Source of the DNA: Enoplolaimus lenunculus
Taxonomy: Eukaryota
Direction: 5' to 3'
Assembly (NCBI GenBank): GCA_030248215.1
Contig: JASANG010001329.1
Span: 434,001 to 498,000 of the forward strand
DNA length: 64,000 nt
The notes under the pieces are model-generated. The model worked only from the letters and a program-made list of their open reading frames with translations. It was not told the origin of the DNA and searched no databases. Both the position numbers and the translations under genes were made by a program. Within the stretch, counting starts at the first letter, position 1, and every line of letters starts with the position of its first letter. This document shows positions 24,833-45,800 of the stretch, piece after piece.

Positions 24833-26800
24833 CTAATTGATTAATATCGTGAACTTTTTAAGTAAGAAATGCGTTACAAAAGCCAACAATACAGTTTGTT
24901 CTTTTATAAATATTGCGAAAAGTGTTGACATGAACATAAATATTGCAAAACGTGGTGCTACTATTTGTTCTATAATGAACAAATATTCCAATAATTGGTC
25001 AAGTGATAACTTGTCACAGACAAATTTGGCCCTTAGCATAGGCTTAGTGTGGCAAAAACTAACTCCTCTTTCATCATTTCTTTTCAATCTTTCCCGTTTT
25101 TCAATTTTCGTTTTATTGAATTTTTTTTTCAATTGTTTCAACAATTTTCCACACTTGATATGTTTATTTATGCTGTTAACGCGTTGTTTCATAGGCTTAT
25201 TTTTTGACATCAACGGAATAAATCTTTGAATGTCACCGGCAACATTTCTATCGCACCTGACTAGCCAGCTTTTGAACCTCACTGTCAATATCAGCTTGTA
25301 GTTCCGGAACCACCCCGTAATTAGCGGGTTTATTAAGCGCACGTGGAGGAATAGAATTCCATTTCTAAATTACTGTCCAAAATTTACCATTAAAATTCGC
25401 AGAAAAATCAGTCAATTGTTAAAACATTCGTTTTCGTAGTGAATTCGTCATTTTAATCGCATTCGGACAAATTGCAGTAGTGCACAGCAGAATCACTGTC
25501 AACAAACACTCCACCTTTTTTCGAATAAAGTTCATACATAAATATACGACGAACTGGTTCGAAAAAAAACTGTCCAGACGCTACCAAAACTTCAACTGAC
25601 ACTGCTAAACGGGACGTATATTCAGCGTATTTTAGATTTCGCGGAACTACAATAGTGGTAGCGTAAGCTTAAGACTAGTTTTTTGCTTAAGTGTGAAAGT
25701 AAGTGTTAAACCAAAGCCTACGCGAAAAATATGTAAAATCTAATGTTACTCAATTCAAGTGCTGTGAGAACTTTGTGACACAGGCTCAGGCAAAATTTGC
25801 CGAGCTCACCCTGCGGTGATTTTCTCCGCCGAGTGCGTCATGCCTTTCAATAATAACCGAACTACTCATGAAAAATACATAGAATAAGTTTATTTTTCAT
25901 ACAAACAACCCTAAAAACACCGCATTTGTTTTCTTCGATCGGTTCAACTATAAATGTCTTACAGAATCTCAAATTTGACCTCTCCAGAGGGTAGGCACCC
26001 CCTTGTTATTCGATTACGGACAGTTATTTATTTTAAACCCACGCTCCGCCAAGCTTCGTTGCTGATATATATCCGACACTGCAACTATCCGTTGAATTAA
26101 AAGTATATTTGTCTTGTGTCAATAGTTTGAGCAATAAAGCAAGGTTATACTTAGGAATGCACTTTCAAATTTTAAGTACGCTTTAAAGTAAATTATTTGG
26201 TCCTGGAGCCATTTATGCGCTACAATTGAGGATAATTGATATTTATGAACTCTGCATGCGGTTTAGGGACTCTATCCGCTTACGGATTCTTATTAGGGAT
26301 ACGGACTCCTATTGATTGAGACTCAAAATGCGGATCCCTTCTTATTCGGATCACTGCAGTACTTGAGAGCACTAAAATTCTTACGGGAACATGCAAAGAT
26401 GAATATTTAAACACAACAGTATTATACTGTGAAGCCATCAATCTAGAAGACAACGTCCGAATTGGAGGAGGCGGTCCCCAATACCCACTGTGCACTTCCT
26501 TTCTTAAATTGCAAATATAAAGTGCAAAAATTCGATAAAAGCAGGTAGACAATCGTTGATACGCTTATAGTTTATATGTACACTGCGCTTTCGATATTGA
26601 ATATGATTTTGTATAAAATACAAGAATGCAAACTGTATATGATTTTCTAAAATACAAGAATGCAAACACAAGATTCAAAACTCAAAAATATGGGAACAAA
26701 AAATAAATATTTGCGCAAGTTTGTCATCCAATCAACCACAGATCGTGAGCAAGAAGTTGAGTTCTGCGCGGTGCATCTCATAATTTATATACCGTTAAAT
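24833..26800 (-). pseudogene. Probable decayed Cys-loop ligand-gated ion channel (M1-M4 region)
   Basis: The open 3' exon 24833-25364 begins NGILFLHVRLINP (cf. post-M3 VLN.H.R.P), then has a Lys-rich loop and an M4-like EYLFIIEQIVAPRFAIFMFMSTLFAIF. Upstream 26375-26800 holds M1/M2/M3-like segments (KYLFFVPIFLSF; RLSTCFYRIFALYI; WLHSIILLCLNIHLCMF) in shifting frames with stops. The donor CC|gtaag matches the acceptor phase. Confidence 0.35.
25975..26360. mobile_element. TA-flanked CTGTAGTGACCCG-family MITE, left end missing
   Basis: Nearly identical to 53060-53425; ends CTTATTCGGATCACTGCAG|TA. Confidence 0.8.
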
Positions 26801-28853
26801 TAAATCTAAAGATTGTTTAAATTAAAGACATAGATTCCGATGTCAATAATTGAAAACAGAATCTGACATTCGTTAGTTGAAATATTTGCACTATTATTTT
26901 TCGGGTTTTAAGCACTTTTATCAGGGATTCCTGAAAACTATAACAAAGCTTATCACTTTGATTTCTACCAACTACGTATATCGACAAGGCAAGTAATATG
27001 GGAAAAAAAGAAACATGTATTTATTTAAGAATACAGAATATTTCAAAAATAAACGAAATGGCTATCATACCATTGGAATGACAAACTGCGTTTAAGTGAA
27101 AATTAAAAGAGACCCATGTATAGAACAGGACCGGAACAATATAGTTTAAGTTATACTTATCCCGGGGCAAGGACTTTAACCACGGCCGGGAATACGCATA
27201 TGGTAACTATTTAGCGGGAAATTTATTTATTGTGTAGTGTGTACAGCAAATAGTGGGAAATTAAAAAAATAAGATGTGCAGTAGTTTCTTGTGATTTGCA
27301 TATTTTGTAACGAAAAATGAGCGTGATAGGATTGTTTTTCATGCCAGTCAATTAAGAGTCGCATATAAAAACTGGCGCACGTTAGGCCTAAACAAATAAC
27401 GTCCTGGCCATGGGCCCCGGTTCCTACCCCGGAACCGGGGCCAGGCCTTGGGGCATCTCTAGTATAAGCATATTCCAATGCCTACGCGCAAGGATGAGCC
27501 TATACCTAAGCATAAGTAAAAAGATTAGTCCAAAACTTTAGCTTACTCTACTACAGTCCAGCAGGAAACATTCCGGGCCTGTTTTAAACATGGGCCATTA
27601 AAGAAGTATACAAAATACCCATGTTACCTATAGGAGCCTTACTGCTAAGCTAAGAAAATAGGTCTAGTTCTGAGCCTTCCAGTGTCTAAGTTTTTAGTCT
27701 CTCGGTCTTCAATGGACAGGCCCCTATAATTAATACGGGTGAACAATACAATAGTCCCAATATTTTTATTCGACGATTCAACATTCACGCACATTGTTCT
27801 CACGAGAGGAGCTACGCCTGCAATAAAACCTTTTAGTACTGACACTGTGTATCAATGTACAATATACACAACATGAAACTGAATTTCTATTCATAAATAT
27901 AGACGTATGCCTGTTTTCAAACAGTACAACACTTCATCTTCATCTTATAACAACAAAAACAATAAATTTCGCTCATAACAGCAGTCGAGACAAAATAGAC
28001 AACTCTTAAATTATATCGACTGAACAAAAAAAAATAAAAAAAATAAGTAAGTATTTCGGTGGGTATGGAGATTCATAAAGGAGTAAAATATTTTCTTATC
28101 ATCAAATTCTTTTCTTATTATCAAAGCATTTTTCACCTGTCGGGGCATAAATGACCGTAGACGAGGGTGACAGTGAAATACACTGAAGTTTCGTACTCAC
28201 CGGAGTTCTCAGCAGAATTGGAAAGGAAAAAAATTTAAATAATCAGCAATTGCAAATTTTAAATGTAAAAAGTTTGTTGGAACCAAATTCAGAAGTTTTC
28301 CTTACAACGAGCACCGATTCCGAATCAATGTGACTATGCTGAAAACGATCCAGGATCTTTACTTTGAAAAATTTCTTTACATACATAAAGGTAATGTTTA
28401 ACATATTAAAACGCCAGCCGTTGGACGTGCAGGCTGAAAACGAATCCAATACAGTTCCGAAACCGCAAATGCTAAATGGTTCAATCAGGCCAAACTCCAT
28501 CAAACAGTTGTTGCTGAGTTTTGATGGATTCATCTTTTTAAAATCCGAATCGGAACCTTCAATTTTTGTCAAATTTGAAACCGAATGCAAACTTTTGTTG
28601 CATGCAGAATATAATCAATTGTAGATCTTTGAAGAAGCCATATCAAGTTTTGATGATTGCTATTGATAAGATAAGCATCTTTATATATGTTTTGGTATAA
28701 GATGTTTTAAAGTAGCCACAGTTTTCATAATCATTTGAGTATTTGAGACGGCTGTTTATGTAAAACAAAAACCGAACTTTTGTTGCCGCCCCGTATTACA
28801 TTACACTAAACAGTTTTTATCGACACACTTATTACAAATATAGTACATGCATA

Positions 28854-35542
<6,689 letters not shown>

Positions 35543-36923
35543 GTGGTCTTAGGTTCCTGTCAAAATTTCAAAATCATTTCAGCTGTATTATGTGTACAAA
35601 ATCTAGCCGTTTCATGCATAATTTCTACACCACTGCAATGCAAGTCGTGTCGTTTGTTGTTGGGTTTTCCTTGTAGTAAAGGAGCGCAGCTGTCTCGCAC
35701 CAGAGTAAAGCATGTGGCTGACTCCACTACAACACATACTGCTAGCACAAAACTATTTGCATTATTGTAATGTTCGTATATTTGTATTATTTACACCAGG
35801 TTTAACGTCCCACATGATTCTAATTTCTGAGGTCGCTGCAGTGATTCCCAATAAATTCTAAAAATTAGACTTTCTCCAACACTGCGGTTCCCTTCCTATA
35901 TAAAGAATTAGGGGCAGAGTTTGCTCCTCCACTCTCCAGCAATGTAGGAGCCAGCCAGTGTTCAACACAACACGTAGCCCTTATGACTGTTCTGTATTGT
36001 CTTCGGCTACGCACACATTATTAAGCTCGTTGTTTGTATAGGACACAAGAAATATAGTGTACTGAATCAAACAAAACAAGCACCCTAAAATGTTTTGCAC
36101 TGCGCACAAAGTTAAACTTGACAGTACAGTATGTACCTTGCGGAAATGAATCGCAAAAAATATATAGGTACGTAGCGCTAATATGTACAGAAAAAAATCA
36201 AATAGCGCTGAATACGCACTAACTGCGTATATGCAGCTGCATACAAATATATACATAAAGCAGCCATCTTGAATGATTATAAAAACTGCGGCTGCTTAAT
36301 AGCAACTGACGCGACGTATATAAAAATGCTTCTTATCTTAGCAATAACAAACATACATAGTACAAAGATCATTTATTTCCAAGTTATGACCATCTGGCTT
36401 ACTCTTTACTTCATATAATAGGTGCCCTGCAACACACTAGACGCTGTCTCAAGTTTTAACCGCAAAACTATAATATTGCACTGTCCTCCATTTCACACAA
36501 AATTACTGCAAATGAATTTAAACCCACACATTTTATCAATGGCAGATCTAAAAAATAATGAAAAGAGGGCCGCTCGAAATAAAAATCTTGCCAATGCAGA
36601 GAGCGAAATGCCAAACACCATTTTACTGCTAAAACTTAATAAAAATCTAAGAGACACTAACAATATGTACAATGCTGGATACATGATCTGTAGCTAGACA
36701 GTAATCTGATGTCGACTAGTATATACTGGATTGTACGTACGTAAATAATACATAAAAAAATAACTAATCATTTGATCAGTTTCTAACGCGTTAAATAATT
36801 TGTGTATCTCTAAAAAACTACCTTTATTCCAAATCAAATTGCATTTTGAGGCCAAACTTACAATTTTAGAACACGGTTTGTTCCTAAGCCTAGCATGTTA
36901 TGCACCATGCTAAGTTTGGGATC

Positions 36924-36927
<4 letters not shown>

Positions 36928-37020
<93 letters not shown>
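36928..37020. repeat. (AT)n microsatellite, about 90 bp
   Basis: Directly visible; abuts a hAT-like MITE at 37021. Confidence 0.97.
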
Positions 37021-37336
37021 CAGAGTGCAACCAGAATTACAATTTACCGGAACCGAATAGTGAAAAATGCATTTCACCAAAAATTTCAATTTAATCTTAT
37101 TTTTTGCTCAATTATTTGTGAAATGACCTTAGTCGAACATAGGTATTTATTTTATTTGTTGTATTTTAGATTTTTATCATCGACTGAAGTGAAATCCACC
37201 ATCAATGGCTTATATTCGGAAAGAAAATTAAAATGAATATTTCGGTGGCACGCATTTTTCACTTACCGTTCTTAATCCGCTAAAATTTTCAAATTCCGGT
37301 TCCGATTTGGTAAATTGTAATGCCGGTTGCACTCTG
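37021..37336. mobile_element. hAT-like MITE (CAGGGTGCAACCGG family)
   Basis: CAGAGTGCAACC...GGTTGCACTCTG termini; internal sequence nearly identical to 43330-43490. Confidence 0.75.
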
Positions 37337-38739
37337 CTGTAGACATTATGTATATATCCGATAAGATTAAAAAGGATTTCAGAACTGGAGCCCGATGTCG
37401 ATTTTCTACCAAATACATACACAACAAGTTGTTAAGATTGTTAAATATCCATACCTGATGGTTTGGTACTGCCATATTCCAAGACCATATAACACCAGCT
37501 GCATAAGGTAACGTTTATGCACAAAATCTCTAATTGTATATATACAAGAATACAACCTTAAAAATATACGTATATACTGATACTATTAGTTAATGTAAAA
37601 TAAGAGGCAGGGTTCCACGGGAATTTCTGTTCCGACCGGAATTCGTGCAAAAATAGATTCATGTTCCTGTATACGGCATTGTAGTCGAAGTTCACACCTT
37701 TTATTGTACGAGTGATGAAAACGAAAGAGAAATTGTTCACAAATTACCTTAAGGCACGTTTTCAATGGGATTATTACAAACCTACAAATTTTGCACTAAA
37801 TCATTCTGTTCCGTGTACTTTTTGACTAAAAATTTCCACGGTAACGTGACCCGGCTACGTAAACTTATCAAAAAGAAGACTCGTATCCGGGAATTTCCGG
37901 AGAAAGTACTAGGAATAATCGGACCCAGATGCAATTGCAACTCAACCAATTCTTGTTTTCAACGTATTCGTTCAATGTTGTACGAGGTCAAGGAGCGATC
38001 AGATATAAATTTGAGGTATGTATATATATACCGGAGCATGAAAGTAAATATATTCCAGAACCAATGTTAACCGCATATACATATACGTAGCATCTAAATT
38101 TGCGTACTGCAGGTAGTAGAGTTGACCCTGGAAGGAATTTTTACCGGGCTAATGAATATTAATAGCAGTTTATTGCTAGGCAAACATATTTTTGTTGAAA
38201 AATAAACGTTCAGTCAAATCAAAATTTTCTATATATTTGATGCACTGTAAAGTAAAAATGGATACAAGGGCAGGTTTTATAAAGTTTTTTCATGATCGAA
38301 ACATCAGATTCTCATTCGACTCTAAAAGACGCGTCGAGTAATGAAAATATTACATTAAACACCTGGCCCCGGTTTGTCCACGAAAAATCAAGTGTTGACC
38401 CGGCCCTGAGGCCCGGGGTCCCTGCTGGACCCACTAACATCTTTCATTGTTAGATAAATACTTATGTATATAGTATTTGGTTGCGGAAAAGTTTATAGAA
38501 GAGCGAAAAAATAACGAAAATTGCCAAATAATTTTATACAGCTATAGATTTGCAGTAAAAATAACTACAAACGAAATGACCTAGCACATTCAGTTTGTTA
38601 GCTACGCTTCTTGACTTGCCTGGAAATGCAGTCGCACTCAAATGTCAGCTATTTTAAAACGTAAAAAGTAGTTTTATGATAGCCATCCCCAACCGCAAGT
38701 ATCATGTAAGTATATACCAGTCGCAGTGGGACTAGATGT

Positions 38740-39565
38740 ATTGAGCGAAGCTCGAACACACTTATGCAATTAATCTAACATGCAAATTAGTTATTAGCTA
38801 ACTATCCATTTCAGGGTGCAACCGGACTTCCGGTTCCGGTAGGGAAATCCGGCACTTTTCATTGTCCGGTTCCGGGAAAAAATCCGGTATTTTTCACCGG
38901 AATTTTACGGTATTTTCGGATTTGAAAATTTTTTCTCATTCGAAAATTTATATTTATTGACATATTATTGTAACTTATTTTTCTAAAATTGTCTGAGCGT
39001 ACATTTCCAAAATTTTCATTTGGTGTCATATAACCAATTAAGCTAATATACAAATTATCCAATTGGCTAACTACTCATATATCGCTTCTGGCGGTCTATA
39101 CAAAAACCCTTCAGTAACTCAAATAATCACTGAATACTGAATTAAGTTAAAACGTTTTAATTTAGCCAATAAATTAAGCATAAATTAAGCTGATATGCAA
39201 AATAGCAAATAGCTAACTTTTCAATTTATCCGTTTTAGAGGTTTGTAACAAATTTTCTCGCACTCCCAAATCTCTTAGAATTGAAATTAGACTGCTTGTA
39301 ACCCCAATAATTAGCAAAAAACCCCTTAGTATTGAAATTACATTGCTTGTAACCGTAACAAGTAGTGAAATATCTTAAAAAGCCTCAATTTAGGCTTAAC
39401 CAATTATGCAAATTAGCCTGTAGCTAATCAACGGCTTACAATTTTAAAACACCAGTGCGAGGTTAATACTTTAGGATGATAGGCTTTCAATCAAAAGTTT
39501 TCTTTCGACCACCCGAGCACAAAATAGAAAACGCTTTGCCGAACTCCGAGCTTCGCTTCGTTCAA
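38740..39565 (-). mobile_element. DINE-1/Helentron-like element copy with a nested hAT-like MITE fragment (about 38812-39030)
   Basis: Reverse-complement similarity to 34204-34905; CAGGGTGCAACCGG terminus at 38812. Confidence 0.5.
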
Positions 39566-42500
39566 CCAGATACGGATGTCGGTTTTTGAAGGATATTAAA
39601 CCAAAATCGGATATCCGGTCACTCTATGAACCGGACATCCGGTTACTATATATATGCACTCAGTTGATACCATGCAAACTATAAGCGGAAATAAGAAAAG
39701 TCCATGTCAAAATCGTACCAAAAGAGAAAGCCGTGGTTTCTGCGCAATATACCAACGAACTTCAACGCTACGTAATGCCATATTAAAAACAAAAATTCTA
39801 AATGCTTTTGGACATGACCGTGGGTATTCACTGGGTCCTGACGGTGTGGGGCGTGCATCAGCCTTATCGCAATATATGGTTTCATTAAAGGCTTAAATCT
39901 CGACTTGGGATAGCCTAAACCGGCGAGCAAATCAAGTTTGCACCACCTCCGCTACGAACCCATAGCGAACGCATTTAGCCCTAAAATCTCAATTAGCCAT
40001 CGAATAAGCTAGTCGGTTGCGGCCCCAGGGTATTGTCAGCGACACGCTGGCGCTCAACCGCGGCTTCCACTTTCACATTTCATTTTGCACCCATTTTCCG
40101 CCAAATTATACAATGTTCATTTTCTGCCTTACGTATGCTTTGTAATATTTGGAGCATTGTGATAAGTTGGGTTATCTAGGTTACGACAGTTTTTAGTTCT
40201 GAGTGCTTGTAGCTGAAAATGAGGGGCGTGCTTACGAGGTTTCGATCCCATGACTCATGATCGACAGATTCTCATTCCAGCGCACTACCACTGAGACACA
40301 CCGCTTCACTATTAGCTGCTGACTTTCAGGTTTTTATGCCTTATAAGAACATCAAAATTACACTCATGTATCTTGGTTTTTCAATGTTTTACTGCTGCAG
40401 CATGCGAAGGCAATACATATGCATCAGTGTTTTAACCGATGTGCAGCATCAGTATGAGGTGTTTATTTTGCATCCATGCATTCGTATGTCAGAGGATTAT
40501 TATTCTGGTTTCAATTCGGGCATAGATCTCTAGCGATTTCATTATTATCAGGATAGGCAGTTGCAGCATAGTGCCGGGTGTGTCGAAAAAAGTATTTTAA
40601 TGCATATAAATTTAGGATTGGTACAGGGCTGCGTGTCATATTTGTAGCTTGTAAAATTTATGGTTTAAGTGTCCGAAGGCAAATTTAGCCTGGACAAGCG
40701 TTCGGCTGTATAGTCCTCTTTCAGAACCGATCGGAAACCAAATATATTCCAGTTCGGATCAGTTGAAAGTCCCCCCGTTTCGGGCCAATCTGAGCTTACA
40801 AAGCTGCACAAAATATGCCCAATTCTCAAAAAAATAACCTAGACCAATTTCCGATAATAAAATCTATGTAGCTATGTAGTTACCTTGCAGACGATAATGA
40901 AGAACCAATTAAGTTACTGTTTTTGCTAACGCTTTCATCAATAAATATTGAATAAATCTCACGGTGAAACAATATCAAAAAATACAATTTTCACACCTTG
41001 ACAGCGCTCTGAACTTTCTTAATAGATTAGTGAATACATAACAATCATGCTAATGTTTCCAACCAAAATTGCAAAACATTTCCCAATCAATTTTACCGAT
41101 CTTTACAATAGACTCGCAGGCACCTGACGCTTATTCAAGGTATACTGCCTGAGTAGTGCTACATTTTTACGATAAATTCATGCTCAACGGCATATAATTT
41201 CCAACGAGGTTTGTTGAGCTTTCCACCCATCTTCGAATCAACTCCATAACCGACATGGCAACCGTGACGTACAGTAATTTAGATTGGGAGTTTACTTTCA
41301 TCTAAACTGGTCACATTTACAATTTAAACATTGTAACAAACTGATCTCAAAAGGGAACGTATATTCTTGGCTGGAACGACTGCTGCATCAATACCGACAC
41401 CGCCCTGCGATTATAAACCTTCTAGACTTGCTCTGATTTCATCTAGTGTTTATATACGGCTAATTTTTGTGCTTATTTTAAATTAAGACACATCAACTGA
41501 TTTTGATTACGAGTGCAACAAGAAAGTGTTAGTAGGGGAGCAAAGTTTTCAATGGTGTCACAGTAGCTTTTCCTAACAAATTCTTTTAAAGCAGTAGAAG
41601 AGAATTTCGACCAGCGGGCAAACCTGTTTGTACGAGGGGTGTTGTTTCCTCGTCATAGTAGTTTTGAATATGTCGGTGCTCCCTCTATACTCCTACTTCA
41701 CGAACTGTTACATCAAGTACTTAGCTAACCAAAAGTGTTGTTCTTAAAGTGACATCATTTCATTAAATGTGACGTATGGTAGCTAGTCGAGCGCGAGTTC
41801 AAAAACATTGCGAAATCAACGTTACTTTTGCTGCATGACAGACAAATTGTTTGCTTTGTCGTTGTTCCAAACAGTCTCGGTTCAGTTGGATAGACGGGCT
41901 GCGTGGTGCAGTGGTAGAGTGTTCACTTAAGGATTTGTAGGCTGAGAGTTCGGTAATTTCACATACTTGTATGCCCTAATTTTCACCAAGGTCGCCCCTT
42001 GACCGTCCACCTTACCTTTTACTGGACACCGTGTTCATAGTGCGGCAATTTTTCATTGAGCTCATAGTATGTAAACCTTGACAATCGCCAAAAGTAAACA
42101 ATCGAAGGTAGATTTCGCTTCCGTGGATAAAAAGCTAAAACAGCAGAAAAAGTGACACATCCTTATAAGCCAATCCGCTTCACAATCAACTGCTGAATTC
42201 TTTTTATGCCTTAGAAGAACTTCAAAATTATACATATTGTAGTGACCCGAATAAGAGGCGGGGCAATAACAGGGGAGTTCTTGTTTTGAGTCCCAATCAA
42301 TAAGAGTTCGTATCTTTAATAAAGAGTCCGTAAGCACTTTTAATGCAACGGTAGTTGCGATTAGAGATGCCCCTGTGCCAGGATTTAGCCGTCCGTTTCA
42401 CCAGAGCAACGAAAAGTACATTTCACCGTGAGATTTAGTAGAAGAATGTGTTCGGCTGTTCTCTGGCGACCGGATATCCGGCTCCAGCAAAACATTGCCA

Positions 42501-42872
42501 TCCCCATTCGGTTTCGGCCCGGTGTATTCTTATCGAAATCGGAATTCCGGTTGCACCATGCAAAATATTTAGGCATTTGCATCTGTCGAAAAAATTTAGT
42601 TGTAAAATTATTCGTTTAGTATATAGGTGGTCATTTCATTTTTAATCTCTGTTTGGTTGGAATACCTAACGAGTCTCCGAAAGAGGGGCCGAGCTCCAGA
42701 TAAACGAAAAATCGAAATTCGTTTGCAGAAACGGGCCAGCACTGAAAGTTGTATATACCACTGAATCACGTTGATATATGCATTTGTCTGGTTTTATTTA
42801 GGCGAGCAAATTAATCATATAATATATTACGTAAATAAATTTTATTATAGAAACTTATAGAAACAAATTGAC

Positions 42873-45800
42873 ATGATTTCTCATTCTGAAAGCAGTCACT
42901 GGAGCAGCCTTAACCCAACGCTTCAAGTACTACCAGAAGAGCTTCAAGGTAAATTTATAATGCGTATTATGCATGGTACACTACGTTGTTGTTGTATTAG
43001 CCATCATCGTCGTCAGTGCTGTTGGGTTTCCAGGTTCAGGAATACAGCCACCATCTTTGGGTTCAGCCAGAGGTCCTCCACTTCCAGATCAGTGGGATTC
43101 GCTGGACATTGGAACAGGTGTTGTGTCGTATGAGATGCACGTCCACACAGGTTGCATGCCGCCGAGGTTTCTGTGGATATTCGACACATATACGAGTTGA
43201 GCATCTTCGAGAATCCAGATCGCAGTTGCGAGAGTGTGCATCTGGTCTCACGGGGTCAGGGTGCAACCGGAATTACAATTTACCGGAACCGGAATTTGAA
43301 AATTTTACCGGAACCGGAACCGGAAAATGAAAAATGTATTTCACCAAAAATTTCATTTTAATCTTATTTTTTGCTCTATTATTTGTGAAATAACCTTAGT
43401 CGAACATAGGTATTTATTTTATTTGTTGTATTTTAGATTTTCATCATCGACTGAAGTGAAATCCACCATCAATAGCTTATATTCGGAGTACAAGTGGCTT
43501 TCAAAAGAGATTCTTAAAAATTAGCAAAGTTAAGAAAACGGCCAAATTATAATACCGGAATTTTTAAATCCGGTAAAAATTTACCGGAACCGGAACCGGA
43601 AGGTGAAAAAATGCCGGAACCGGAACCGGAATTCCGGTTGCACCCTGCACGGGGTAGATCTTTTTCCTCCTGTGAGATTTCAGGAGGCCTTCCCCCGATT
43701 ACGGGATTGAGTGCGGCTGACCGTGCATCTTCCACTGTCGCTGAGTGAAGTTTTCTGAGGCCCATCTTGTAACCTTCTTCGCTCACTTCCCCATTCACCA
43801 GTAATCGGCTGACTTCTTCATGTGCAATGGTTCTTAGGTCTTTTCTAACAGGGAACCGTCTTATTGATGCAGCGAACGGTGGGTCGTTCTGTAGGTGGCG
43901 TAGCGGGTGCCCTTCCCGATGGCAGCTGAGCCAGAACTGCTTCGCGAGGAGGTAATCATGCTTCTCCACTTGCAGTATTTTGCATTCGTTGTGTAGATGG
44001 TGTTCCGGAGCCATTTTATGGTTACCTGTAATGCTTCTGAGTGCCACATTTTGGCTGACCTGAATCTTCCTCCAGTTGGTTTTGCTTACGAACGGTGTCC
44101 ATGCTGGTGCCGCGTAGTTGTAAACTGACTTGCCGATGGCCTTGTAAGTAACGGTGAGAATATCTTTGTTTTGACCCCTGGTGGAGCCTGCAAGGCTCTT
44201 CAGGACGTTGTTCCTTTGCGCCATTTTGCCAGCCACATTTTTGCACTTGGGTAAAATGTTACGCCTAGAACCCTTGGGTTCCTCGTTGCCGGGATTTCAT
44301 TCCCGTTGATGTAAACAGGGCATTTGGTTTTCAAATCACCGCTGAAGCTCGAAAACACAGTCATCGTTGACTTGGCTGCACTGAGGGATAGGCTGCGAGA
44401 CTCAAAATAGTCTGCTAGGCGCGGTAGGTATTCATTCAAGTTGTCAGCTGCTGCCTGAAGCGATGGGTTTTGAGACAGAACGGTGGTGTCATCTGCGTAG
44501 GTCATGAGGCTAAGCCCACTGTCAGGCGCTGGGACAGGTAGCTTGCTCATGTACAGGTTGAAGAGTTGTGGTGAAAGGACCCCCTTGGGGTACACCCATT
44601 GTGAGGTGCCTTTGCTTTGATTTGACGTTGCGAAATACCACATGACACTGGCGACCCTGTAGGTAGGCGCAGATCCAACGTTTGAAGTAGACTGACATTG
44701 TTGTTTCATGAAGGTCTTTGACGAGCATAGCTAGGTTCACCGTATCAAAGGCTTTGGCCAAGTCTAGGCCAACCAGTATAGCCCTGTGGGGCGGGTTCTT
44801 GCAATTGAATCCTCCAGCGATTCGCGTGCATATGTCGACCAGCACCGTGGTGGTTGAGTGCATTGCTCTAGATCCATGCTGGTGTTTGCCAAGGTTGATG
44901 CTGTTGTTGAGCGTTGGGAGAATTAGTTTCTCCAGAACTTTTGCGACAGGTGAGAGCAATGATACTGGACGAAATGAAGTTGATACATTGGCCGGTTTCC
45001 CTGGTTTAAGTAGGGGTACTATGGTTGCCGTTTTCCAAATGATGGGGTTGCGGCAATAGTTGATGGACATGTTGAATAATTTGGCCATGTATTGGATGGC
45101 TTGCGGGCCCAAGTGCTTTAAATGCACTGCGGTGATGCCATCCGGGCCGTAGGCCTTGGACGCTTTCATACTTTTGATCGCTGTTGCCACCGCCTTAGGG
45201 TCAAAATGTTCCATACTGCTTGGCGGTCGGTCTTTTTTCCGTTTCATGTCACGTAGCCATTGCCTGAGTTGCTTGGGTGAGTTGTTGGTTGATTTGGGGC
45301 TGAATTGCTTGCTGAACTTGTTTGCTACGTGTTGATTGTTGGATACATCCTTGCCGCTGAATTTGATTGCCATGTTGACCTGGTCCCTACTTTGACCAGC
45401 TAGGGACTTGACCGTAGACCATAGTTGTTTGATGGCTTTACCAGAGCTTAGATTGCATTTATCGAGCTTCTCCCTCCATTTTGATCTTTTATGCTCTATC
45501 ACTGCGTTATGGATCTGGGTATCGAGTTGAGCTATACCTGGGTCTTGGGGGTTGCGCCTGCGGAGCTCGTCGCGTTCCTTGCTTAGGGTAAGTGCGACTG
45601 AGGGGAAGTCAGCCTTACCAGAGGTATTCGACCACGCGGGACATGTGCAGTTGCTGCTTCATGGATGCAGGTTCTTAGGAACTTCTCCCCTGCTTCGACT
45701 GTAGTTGGGCTAGCAGCCTGCTGGATTTTTTCTTCCACCTTCCGTTGAAAAGCTGGCCAGTCAGCTTTGTTAAGGTTGAAGAAGCATTTCTTTTCTGCAT

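Noticed and set aside
28243..28624. Overlapping 115-aa and 86-aa ORFs downstream of the kinase
   Set aside because: No recognisable motif or splice support; probably UTR or decayed repeat.
36895..37236. ORFs with IYIYIY runs
   Set aside because: (AT)n microsatellite plus MITE.
42665..42730. Hammerhead-ribozyme-like CTAACGAG-stem-GAAA stretch
   Set aside because: The core deviates from CUGANGA, and I could not find the GAAA/stem III/NUH arrangement.
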